Part shown: positions 39,072-47,836 of the stretch, one piece after another
How the letters are laid out: every line of letters begins with the position of its first letter
Numbering within the stretch: position 1 is the first letter of the stretch
From: an uncultured delta proteobacterium
GTDB taxonomy: Bacteria > Desulfobacterota > RBG-13-43-22
DNA length: 64,000 nt
Direction: 5' to 3'
NCBI GenBank assembly: GCA_963790475.1
Contig: CAWBOS010000010.1
Span: forward strand, 256,001 to 320,000
Made by a program: the position numbers and the translations under genes
The notes under the pieces: model-generated
Told to the model about the DNA's origin: nothing
The model's database searches: none
What the model saw: only the letters and a program-made list of their open reading frames with translations

Positions 39072-40664
39072 ATGAAATCCGTGAAGAAAACCCATCAACC
39101 CCAACCCAAGCCTGAAAAAGCCTTATCGTTAGGGTTACGGCGCTACCTGTATATCACCGCGACCGTCTCCGGCGCGGCGGTGCTTATCGTTGAAATCCTC
39201 GGGGCCAAGATGCTCTCGCCGTTTTTCGGCACTTCGCACTTTGTCTGGACAGCGCAAATTGCGGTGACGCTGGTATCCTTGGCCATCGGTTATTGGTTCG
39301 GCGGCTGGCTGGTGGACCGATCAAAGCGATTGAACCGGCTCTATATCTGCATTTTGATCGGAGCCGTATATTTGTGCCTGACGGTGCCGCTCTGCCGGCC
39401 GGTGGCCGAACGTTGCCTCGAACTGAGGCTGGCTCTGGGGTCCCTGGTGGCCTCCCTATTTTTGTTTTTTGTTCCCCTGGCCTTACTAGCCACAGTGGGG
39501 CCATTTTTGGTTCGGGTGATGACCGCCTCCATGAACGTCGTCGGCAGCCAGGTGGGCCGGTTAACGGCCATCGGCACGGCCGGAAGTGTGGGCGGAACGA
39601 TATTGATCAGTTACGCCCTGATTCCTTTCCTGCCCAATTCAGTGACCATGCTCTGCACGGTCGCGATACTTTTGGTGCTGGTGTCCGTTTATTTTATTCT
39701 GTGGGGTAAGGCATCAGGCATGGTGGGGATGGCTGTGATCGTTTCCTTGGCCGGATTGGGGATAGGGTGGTGGGGGGTCGGCCTGGATTCCCGCATTCGC
39801 GTCCCAGGCATCGTCGAACTGGAGCGGCGAAATTCTCATTTCGGACTGATGCAGGTTTTGGCCGGGACAAACCCGGCGCACCGGTATTTTTTCAATGATT
39901 ATCTCTGCCAGAACGGTTTTGATCCGGCGACGAAGCAGAGTATTCACACCTTCACTTACCTGCTGAAAGGCTTGGCCAACGCCTATACGGAGAAGATCAA
40001 GGATGCGCTGTGCATCGGTATGGGGGTGGGAATCGTGCCCATGCAACTGGCAGGCGAAGGGGTGAAAGTGGACGTTGTGGAAATCAACCCGGCGGTGGTT
40101 CCCCTGGCCAAACGATACTTTGAATTCGATCCCGGACGAGTGAACCTGTTTATAGACGACGGCCGTCATTTCCTGAATGATTGCCAGCGGCGCTATGATA
40201 CGATCCTTCTCGACGCCTTCCTGGGTGACTCCTCTCCCTCACATCTGATGACCCGAGAGGCGTTCACGGCTATGCGCGCGGTGCTTAAACCGGGGGGTAC
40301 CCTGGTTATCAACACCTTCGGCAATTTGAATCCCGGTCAGGATTTTTCCACGGCATCGTTGGAGAAAACACTGCGGGCGGTTTTCAAGAGTGTGAAACTC
40401 CATGCCGAGGACCAAGACGGGAACATATTTTTTGTAGCTTCAGACCGCAATGAGCTGACGATCCTGCACGAACCCGATCAAACCGGCGTTCACCCCTCCG
40501 TCGCCGGTCGAGTGAAAGCGGCCTTTGACGGTCAGGTCCAGTCGGATCCAAATCACGGACGGGTATTAACTGATGATTTCAACCCGGTTGAATACTATGA
40601 TGCCCCCAATCGGGAAAAGCTCAGGCGACAACTGGCCTTGGTCATGAACCCCTCCACCCGCTGA
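39072..40664 (+). CDS. fused MFS-like membrane domain / spermidine synthase-like methyltransferase
   Basis: N-terminal TMs (EILGAKMLSPFFGTS); IGMGVG, VEINPAV, DDGR.FL, LLDAF, LTDDFNP. Confidence 0.88.
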   Translation: MKSVKKTHQPQPKPEKALSLGLRRYLYITATVSGAAVLIVEILGAKMLSPFFGTSHFVWTAQIAVTLVSLAIGYWFGGWLVDRSKRLNRLYICILIGAVYLCLTVPLCRPVAERCLELRLALGSLVASLFLFFVPLALLATVGPFLVRVMTASMNVVGSQVGRLTAIGTAGSVGGTILISYALIPFLPNSVTMLCTVAILLVLVSVYFILWGKASGMVGMAVIVSLAGLGIGWWGVGLDSRIRVPGIVELERRNSHFGLMQVLAGTNPAHRYFFNDYLCQNGFDPATKQSIHTFTYLLKGLANAYTEKIKDALCIGMGVGIVPMQLAGEGVKVDVVEINPAVVPLAKRYFEFDPGRVNLFIDDGRHFLNDCQRRYDTILLDAFLGDSSPSHLMTREAFTAMRAVLKPGGTLVINTFGNLNPGQDFSTASLEKTLRAVFKSVKLHAEDQDGNIFFVASDRNELTILHEPDQTGVHPSVAGRVKAAFDGQVQSDPNHGRVLTDDFNPVEYYDAPNREKLRRQLALVMNPSTR

Positions 40665-40761
40665 AGTTGTCCTATCCATCGGAAAATTTTTCTCATTCTC
40701 CCAAAAGACAATTTGTTTCGTTTTGGTTTTTCTTGATGATTTGATAGAGATCAAAACCCTT

Positions 40762-41949
40762 CTATCCACGCCACATGACCTCAAAGAGTTCGCGAAGGGC
40801 CGCCCCTTTGCATTCACAGGGGGTGGTGAACATATTGGGGTCCTTTTCGGCGATTTGAACCAGCGTGTCGATCTCCGCCATCATCCGCCCTTCCGATATG
40901 CCGGCATCCCTCAGACTCAAAGGCTCTCCGATTTCTTTCTGGATCGACCTGATTCTATCAATGAAAGCTTCTGCATTCTTCTTGGGGGAGGGTCCGTTGA
41001 TACCCACAAATCTAGCCAAGTCGGTCAAGCGTGCGACCGGGTCCGGGGCGCCTTGGATCGGGGGATGGGCGGCGATGTAGGTGAGGGAATAGGGCAGGGC
41101 AATTCCGATTGCCCGACCATGTGAAAGGTGGAATACCGCGCCGGCCGAATGGCCCAGGGCATGGGAAAGCCCGGTATTACTGTTGCCGAAACCCAATCCG
41201 GCTATAGTGGCGGCATTCTGCATCTTCTCCCTGGCCTGGAAGTTTGAACCGTCACGACAAACCACGGGAAGCCATTCCATAGCCATTTTCAGGGCCTGCA
41301 GACAAGGGCCATCGCTGAAATCGGTTTGTTGCCTTGAGGTGTATCCGTCCACGGCATGGGCGATAACGTCCAGGCCGGTACTGGACGTCAAATCCTTTGG
41401 CAAGGCCAGGGTAAGATTGGTTTCCAGGACAGACAGGTCAGGGACGATGTCGTTATGAGCAAAGACGATTTTCCGGTTCAGGGCCCTGTCGGTTAGAACG
41501 GCCACCCAAGTAACATCAGCCCCTGTGCCACTCGTCGTCGGAACGGCCACAAATCGCGCCTTTTGGCGCAGATTCAGCCTGACTTTGGGTAATATGGATT
41601 TGGTCAGGTCTCCTGAAGCCAAGTCCGGCCGCTCATAGAGTACCCAGGCGGCCTTGGCCGTGTCTATAGCTGAACCTCCACCGAATCCGATCACCCACTG
41701 GGGCTGGGAATCGAGGAGGAAGCGGCTGGCTGTAAGGGCGATATCCAAGGTGGGGTCGGCCTCCACCCCATCCCATATTTTTACTTCATATCCCACTGCC
41801 CTTAACCCTTCTACCAACTCGTTACATTTATCTTTGAGGATCCGATCGGTAATGAGCACGGCCCGGTCACCCTTACCCTCCAGCTCCAGAGAGAGTCTTT
41901 TGAAGGCTCCTTTACCGAATATCACTTTTGGACTAAGAAAATAAGGCAT
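40762..41949 (-). CDS. iron-containing alcohol dehydrogenase
   Basis: GGGSAIDTAK, VPTTSGTG, DVIAHA, HALGH, HGRA metal ligands. Confidence 0.93.
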   Translation of the reverse strand: MPYFLSPKVIFGKGAFKRLSLELEGKGDRAVLITDRILKDKCNELVEGLRAVGYEVKIWDGVEADPTLDIALTASRFLLDSQPQWVIGFGGGSAIDTAKAAWVLYERPDLASGDLTKSILPKVRLNLRQKARFVAVPTTSGTGADVTWVAVLTDRALNRKIVFAHNDIVPDLSVLETNLTLALPKDLTSSTGLDVIAHAVDGYTSRQQTDFSDGPCLQALKMAMEWLPVVCRDGSNFQAREKMQNAATIAGLGFGNSNTGLSHALGHSAGAVFHLSHGRAIGIALPYSLTYIAAHPPIQGAPDPVARLTDLARFVGINGPSPKKNAEAFIDRIRSIQKEIGEPLSLRDAGISEGRMMAEIDTLVQIAEKDPNMFTTPCECKGAALRELFEVMWRG

Positions 41950-42264
41950 GGCATTTCTCCTTTGCTATTTTGATGTTATTTCTTGCCCCGTGCAGTACAA
42001 TGAATGACAAGAAAATTTTCGGCCAAACCAAATGCTTTGACGTTATTGAAAATATCTCCCTCGGGGCCTCGGAGGAGGGGGGGGTCGGGAAGGAGACTTA
42101 GGTGGAAAACTAATAAACTTTAGCACAGGTAATAAGGGAGTGCAAATATCATATTATTATACCCGGGTTATCAAATATTTTATGGATTTAGGATCAAAAA
42201 GAAAAGAATAGACTGATTAAATCTTTTAATCATCGGGAACCAACATGAAAGGAGGATCGCCATT

Positions 42265-43537
42265 ATGTATGATTTTATGCTGACCCCCGAACAACGGGAT
42301 CTGAAGAGGGAGGCACGACAATTTGTCCGGGAAGAGATAACCGGAGATTTTTTAAGACAAATGGACCGGGATGAGATCAAGTACCCCCGGGAATTCGTGG
42401 AGAAACTTGCCGAGCGTGGCCTGAGGGGCATACGATTCCCCCAAAAATATGGCGGACGGGGAATGAATTGGGTGGCGGATGTTGCCGCCACGGAGGAAAT
42501 CGGTTGTCTGGGGATGGCCCTGGGTTGTGCCTTCGTCATGCCCTCCATTGTGGGGGAGGCCCTTAATGTCTTCGGCACCGAAGCCCAGAAAGTAAAATAC
42601 TTAAAGCCCCTCATCGAAGGCAAGCTGGTCGCTGCCGAAGGGTTGACCGAGCCCCGGGGCGGGTCCGATTTTTTCGGAGCCATGACCCGGGCGGAACTTA
42701 AAGGGGATCATTTTGTCCTCAACGGGATGAAACGGTTTGTGGTCGGGGCCGAGGGTGCGGATTTTTTTCTGGTTTACTGCAAGACCAATTTTGATCCGGA
42801 TGCGCACAAATACAATCGCCTGAGCCTGTTGATCGTGGATCGCGGTCCGGGCGTGGAAACCGAGTATCTATATGGTCTGATGGGCTGCCGGGGCGGGGGG
42901 ACCGGACGGCTTGTTTTCCGTGACGTTAAAGTGCCTAAGGAGAACCTTGTCGGAGAACTTCATGGAGGGGCCTTATGCTTCAATCAGATGATGATCCCCG
43001 AACGTCTGACTTCGGCCGCCGGTTGTCTGGGCACCTGGGGCGCTCTTGATCTGGCGGTCCGCTATTCCGACAAACGCCGAGCCTTCGGCAGTCAAATTCG
43101 GAAATATCAGGCCGTGAGTTTCAAGGTGGCCGATTCCATTACCCAGCTTGATGCCGCCAGGGCCATCACCTTACCTGGCGGCCCGGGCGGTCGACGACAA
43201 TTATCCCCAGGTCCGGCGGTTGGTCAGCGAGGCCAAGCGTTTTGCCACGGAGGCCGCCTGGGAGGTGGTTAACAACGCCATGCAGATCATGGGGGGTATC
43301 GGTTATACGGACGTTTATCCTATCGAGCGGGCGGTTCGCGATACACGTCTGGGAATGATCTGGACCGGGACCAGTGAAATCATGAACCTCATGATTCAAC
43401 ATGAATACTATGGCCAGGTGCTTGATCCCTTATATGATCGGCGAAAAATGGAAAATGACGCCATGCATCCGGATGACACCGAATGGTGCCATACGGATGA
43501 GGATATGCTCCGTGTCTTCGGCGAGGGAATGGAGTAG
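42265..43537 (+). pseudogene. acyl-CoA dehydrogenase with a single +1 frameshift near 43171
   Basis: LTEPRGGSD, NGMKRF, RRAFG; after gcc atc acc an extra T, then [23 protein letters not shown] in the next frame. Confidence 0.85.
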
Positions 43538-43544
43538 GCGGGCT

Positions 43545-44345
43545 TTATCCGGAAAGGTAATCTTTCAGCGCCTGGATTTCTTTTGGCGATAAAGGACGTA
43601 TAGCCCCAGGAGCCAGCCGGCCGAGGGATAACGGTCCCAGGGTAACCCGCTTGATGGTCATCACCGGATGACCTATGGCCGCACACATGTTTTTGACCTG
43701 GTGTTTTTCCCCTTCCCGAATGGTAATCATCAGCCAGGAGCGGTCCAGTCCGGTCTTGACCATTTCCCATTGGGCCTGATGTTTTTTCCCGCTGGGAAGC
43801 CAGGTCCCGGCTTGCAGGCGGCGTAGGGAGTCGAGAGTTGGAATTCCCCGGACCTTGACCCGATAGGTCTTGGGGACCTGGTATTTGGGATGTTGAAGGG
43901 TTTGGGCCAGTTCCCCATCATTGGTCAAGAGCATTAATCCCTCGGCATCCCAGTCCAGGCGGCCGACCGGAAAAACCCGTTCCCGGACCTGGGCTTGGGA
44001 CAGAAAGTCTTTGATGGTCGGGCGGCCTTGGGGGTCCCTTAGGGTCGAGACAACCCCTGGGGGTTTATAAAAAAGATAATAGGCCTTGGATTCAGCGGAA
44101 GTTATAAGACGTCCGTCCACTTCGATTCGGTGATCAGAGGGGGCCAATTTGAGGCCGAGTTGGGTAACGACCCGGCCATCCACCCTGACCCGGCCGGCCC
44201 GGATCAAGTCTTCGGCCTTGCGGCGGGAGGCCAAACCGGAATGAGCCAGAATTCGCTGCAACCGCCAGGGAAGATTTCCGGGAGCAGGCTCCGCCGGGTG
44301 GAGATCCGGATGGGGCATCGATAATTCGCCGGCTGCCTTGTTCAA
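43545..44345 (-). CDS. rluB: 23S rRNA pseudouridine synthase (RluB/RsuA family)
   Basis: S4 domain ASRRKAE, YKPPG, VGRLD, TNDG; follows scpAB. Confidence 0.85.
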   Translation of the reverse strand: MNKAAGELSMPHPDLHPAEPAPGNLPWRLQRILAHSGLASRRKAEDLIRAGRVRVDGRVVTQLGLKLAPSDHRIEVDGRLITSAESKAYYLFYKPPGVVSTLRDPQGRPTIKDFLSQAQVRERVFPVGRLDWDAEGLMLLTNDGELAQTLQHPKYQVPKTYRVKVRGIPTLDSLRRLQAGTWLPSGKKHQAQWEMVKTGLDRSWLMITIREGEKHQVKNMCAAIGHPVMTIKRVTLGPLSLGRLAPGAIRPLSPKEIQALKDYLSG

Positions 44346-44890
44346 TCCGTTTCGTTTTCACTTAAATCAGCATGCAGGGCCTTGATTTCTTCCAGAGAAG
44401 GAAGAAAGGACAGATTTTTTAGTTCAAACAATTCCAAAAAACGCTGGGTGGTCCCGTAAAGAATGGGGCGGCCCGGAATTTCCTTGCGTCCCACAATACG
44501 AATCAAATTCTTTTCCAGAAGGGTCCGGACGATTCCGTCGACTTCGACACCGCGCAGCCGTTCCATGTCTCCCCGGGTGACCGGTTGTTTATAGGCAATA
44601 ATGGCCAGGGTTTCCAGAGAGGCTTTACTGAGACGGGCAGGGCTGATCTTCTTCAGCCTTTTGATCCATTCGCTGAACCGTGGTTTGGTTCGAAACTGGA
44701 ACCCATCGGCCACTTCCTGAATATAGAGGCCCCGTTCCGGGGTTTCATATTCCTTCAGTAGCCGGGTCAAGGCCGCTTCTATGTCTTTTTTAGGAAAACT
44801 ATCTCCGATGACTTCCAGGATCTTTTTAAGTCCTATGGGAGCAGGGGAAACGAAAATCAGGGCTTCGAGTAGGGATTTAATTTCGTTCAT
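44342..44890 (-). CDS. scpB: SMC-Scp complex subunit ScpB
   Basis: LETLAIIAYKQPVTR, GRPILYGTT.RFL. Confidence 0.95.
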   Translation of the reverse strand: MNEIKSLLEALIFVSPAPIGLKKILEVIGDSFPKKDIEAALTRLLKEYETPERGLYIQEVADGFQFRTKPRFSEWIKRLKKISPARLSKASLETLAIIAYKQPVTRGDMERLRGVEVDGIVRTLLEKNLIRIVGRKEIPGRPILYGTTQRFLELFELKNLSFLPSLEEIKALHADLSENETD

Positions 44891-44970
44891 GGGTGCCTAT
44901 TTTATCATAACAGTAAGTTTTATAAATCCGAAATCACATAATCAAACGGGGTTGGATTATCTCAAGATAG

Positions 44971-45097
44971 TTAGACTGAAGGTATTTAGACTGAAGGCTG
45001 AAGGTAAAAGACTTTTTATAACTAATATACCCTTCAACCGGTCTCTGGATCCAAATATTCAATGTTCTTTCCTAAAAGCCTTCGGTCTTCAGCCTAT
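44971..45097. repeat. inverted pair of CTGAAGG / CCTTCAG-type heptamer arrays
   Basis: agactgaaggtatttagactgaaggctgaagg ... ccttcaacc ... gccttcggtcttcagcct. Confidence 0.6.
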
Positions 45098-45109
45098 TTT
45101 CCTGACCTT

Positions 45110-45829
45110 TCAAGAGATCGTTGCCGGGGGAAGAAAATCATAAATCAGGATGTTCCCTCCCTGTATTTCCTGATAGACGATAATTTTTTGAAGCCGGGCC
45201 AGCTCCAGCAGGGCCAGAAAAGCGACAATCAGTTCCGCCCGGGTGAAATGGCCGGGAAATAATTCTTCCAGCAGGAGGCGCCCCATTTGTTTAAGTTTGG
45301 CCAGGATTTCTTCCATCTTGTTTTCAATGGGGATCAGAGGGCTGGGAAAATGGGAAAAGGCCTCCTCTTTCTTCTCCAGAAGTATTCTCCGGACGGCGTC
45401 CATCAACTCGAAAAGTCCCACCCGGATAAGGCCTTCTTCTTTGCCTTCCATTTCTTTGGCCAGAAAATCCCGGGTGAAGACATCGCGGTATAACAATGGA
45501 CGTTGCCCCAGTTGTTCCGCAGCTTCTTTCAACTGGAGGTATTCCAGCAACGGCCGGGTCAATTCCAGACGGGGATCATCCTCCTCTTCCTCTTCCGGCG
45601 GTCGGGGCAGCAGCATCCGGGACTTGATATGGATCAAGGTTGCGGCCATGACCAGAAAATTTCCGGCAATATTGATATTAAGATCTTTCATCAGGTCCAG
45701 ATATTCCAGATATTGGGCGGTGATAACGGCGATGGGGATGTCATAGATATCCATCTCGTTTTTCCGGATTAAATGGACCAGCAGGTCCATAGGCCCTTCA
45801 AAGATATCGAGTTTAACGTTGTAGTCCAT
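45110..45829 (-). CDS. scpA: segregation and condensation protein A
   Basis: FEGPMDLLVHLI, FLVMAATL..IKSRMLLP, FLALLEL; the annotated extension upstream of ATG 45829 is translated repeat. Confidence 0.93.
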   Translation of the reverse strand: MDYNVKLDIFEGPMDLLVHLIRKNEMDIYDIPIAVITAQYLEYLDLMKDLNINIAGNFLVMAATLIHIKSRMLLPRPPEEEEEDDPRLELTRPLLEYLQLKEAAEQLGQRPLLYRDVFTRDFLAKEMEGKEEGLIRVGLFELMDAVRRILLEKKEEAFSHFPSPLIPIENKMEEILAKLKQMGRLLLEELFPGHFTRAELIVAFLALLELARLQKIIVYQEIQGGNILIYDFLPPATIS

Positions 45830-45835
45830 ATTGCA

Positions 45836-45865
45836 AGTGACGAGTGACGAGTGACGTGTGACGAG
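45836..45865. repeat. heptamer tandem repeat (AGTGACG)x4, one mismatch
   Basis: agtgacgagtgacgagtgacgtgtgacgag; CCGCAAT-type copies follow at about 45900-45950. Confidence 0.8.
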
Positions 45866-45948
45866 ATTAAAAAGGGAATTTTTCATCCTTAAACTCCAAT
45901 CCCGCAACTCGCAATTAAATTCAAAATTCCCATTCCGCAATCCGCAAT

Positions 45949-46932
45949 CTAAAATCCAATGGCCTGTCTGACTTCTTCCATGGTTTTCTGGGCGAAGGTT
46001 CGGGCTCGATCATTGCCGGCCCTGAGAATCGATCGGACTTCTTCGGTGTTTTGGGTCCAATAATCCCGTTTCTCCTTAATCGGTCGGAGGGCCTCCAGGA
46101 CCTGATCGATCAACCATTTTTTACAATCCACACAACCGATCCCGGCCCGGGGGCATTCCAGCTCTATCTCTTCGATCCGCTCCGGGGAAGAATATATTTT
46201 ATGGAGGGGAAAGAGGATGCAGACTTCAGGATTACCCGGGTCTTTGCGACGGGCCCTCTGGGGATCGGTAACCATCTGGGACAGTTTTTGGCGTATTTCC
46301 TCCATGGAATCGGAGAGGAAGACGGCATTATTGTAGCTCTTGCTCATCTTTCGACCGTCGAGTCCCGGTAATTTCGGGGTCTCGGTCAAAAGGAGGTCGG
46401 GAACGGGAAAGACCTCCTCATACAGGAAGTTGAACCGGCGGGCGATTTCCCGGGTCAATTCCACATGAGGGGCCTGATCAATGCCCACCGGAACGGCATG
46501 GGCCTTGTACATCATAATGTCGGCGGCCTGCAGGACCGGATAGCCGATGAAGCCGTAGGTCCCGATGTCTTTGCTTTCCAGTTCCTGTTGTTGTTCCTTA
46601 TAGGTCGGGTTGCGTTCCAACCAGCTTAAGGGAGTGATCATGGACAGGATCAAATGGAGTTCGGCATGTTCTTTGACGGCCGATTGTAGAAAAAAGGTGC
46701 TGACTTCAGGGTCCAATCCGACACTGATCCAATCAATGACCATGTCCAGGATATTTTCGTGAATAGCCTTAGGTTCTTTATATTCGGTGGTCAAGGCATG
46801 CCAGTCGGCAATAAAAAAGAAGCATTGATAGTCTTTCTGAAGTTCTTTCCAGTTCATCAAGGCCCCGTGCAGATTGCCGAGGTGTAATTTCCCGGTGGGG
46901 CGTATCCCGCTTAAAATTCGTTTTCGTTCCAT
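45949..46932 (-). CDS. trpS: tryptophanyl-tRNA synthetase
   Basis: SGIRPTGKLHLGN, YPVLQAADI, VPVGIDQ, KMSKS. Confidence 0.97.
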   Translation of the reverse strand: MERKRILSGIRPTGKLHLGNLHGALMNWKELQKDYQCFFFIADWHALTTEYKEPKAIHENILDMVIDWISVGLDPEVSTFFLQSAVKEHAELHLILSMITPLSWLERNPTYKEQQQELESKDIGTYGFIGYPVLQAADIMMYKAHAVPVGIDQAPHVELTREIARRFNFLYEEVFPVPDLLLTETPKLPGLDGRKMSKSYNNAVFLSDSMEEIRQKLSQMVTDPQRARRKDPGNPEVCILFPLHKIYSSPERIEEIELECPRAGIGCVDCKKWLIDQVLEALRPIKEKRDYWTQNTEEVRSILRAGNDRARTFAQKTMEEVRQAIGF

Positions 46933-47072
46933 ATAAAAAATTCTCCCTCAGATTCAAAGATGCAAGGAATTGAAGTCTCGTGGTACAAGTTTCAAAGAGA
47001 AACCGCAACCCATGAATCTAACCCAATAACCTACTGCAACCCTTGAATCTTATAATCTCTGATTACGTATTT

Positions 47073-47753
47073 TCACATTAAATAAAAATTGACGCCCCCT
47101 ATTATCTCAAACAATTTGATCAAAAGAATAATCGGGGGTGAAATCAACCAATCCAAAATATGGGTGACTAACAGCCCGATGAGAATAAAGAAACCATAGG
47201 GCTCAATTTTGCTGTATTTATAAGCAGCCTGTAAAGGCAGTAAACCGACCATAACCCTCCCGCCGTCCAAGGGGGGGATGGGAATGAGATTGAATATAGC
47301 CAGAGCCACGTTGATTTTTATTCCGAAGTAAATCATCTGGACCAGAGGCAGAAGCACAAGACTTAAAAAAGGCGATTCCAAGAGGGGTGAGGCGACCAAT
47401 AAGATACGAAGAAGAATAGAAAACCCTAAAGCCAAAAGAAGATTGGCAGCCGCTCCGGCCAGGGCCACCCATACCATGTCTTTTTTAGGATTCCTGAGGT
47501 TTCTAAAATTCACCGGGACCGGTTTGGCATAACCGAACAGAAAAGGTGAGTGCGATAAAAGAAGAATCCCGGGGATCAGGATGGACCCGAAGGGATCGAT
47601 GTGGGAGATGGGATTAAGGGTTAAACGACCCATCAATCTGGCCGTAGGGTCCCCCAGCTTATTGGCCACCCAGCCATGAGCCACTTCATGTAAAATAACC
47701 CCCAAAAGAAGGGGTAAGGCCATGATACTGATCTGTTGAACAAAGGAACTCAT
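47073..47753 (-). CDS. site-2 protease (M50) family protein
   Basis: HEVAH and NLIPIPPLDGGR. Confidence 0.93.
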   Translation of the reverse strand: MSSFVQQISIMALPLLLGVILHEVAHGWVANKLGDPTARLMGRLTLNPISHIDPFGSILIPGILLLSHSPFLFGYAKPVPVNFRNLRNPKKDMVWVALAGAAANLLLALGFSILLRILLVASPLLESPFLSLVLLPLVQMIYFGIKINVALAIFNLIPIPPLDGGRVMVGLLPLQAAYKYSKIEPYGFFILIGLLVTHILDWLISPPIILLIKLFEIIGGVNFYLM

Positions 47754-47836
47754 TTTTATCTTATTTCCATAGCTGAGTCTGTGAATTTGTCACCCATGAT
47801 TTTCCAATTCTGTCTCCTGGATTCGGATTCCTGAAT

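Noticed and set aside
45830-45940. N-terminal extension of ScpA (LVTRHSSLVT)
   Set aside because: Translation of the heptamer repeat; homology starts at MDYNVK (45829)
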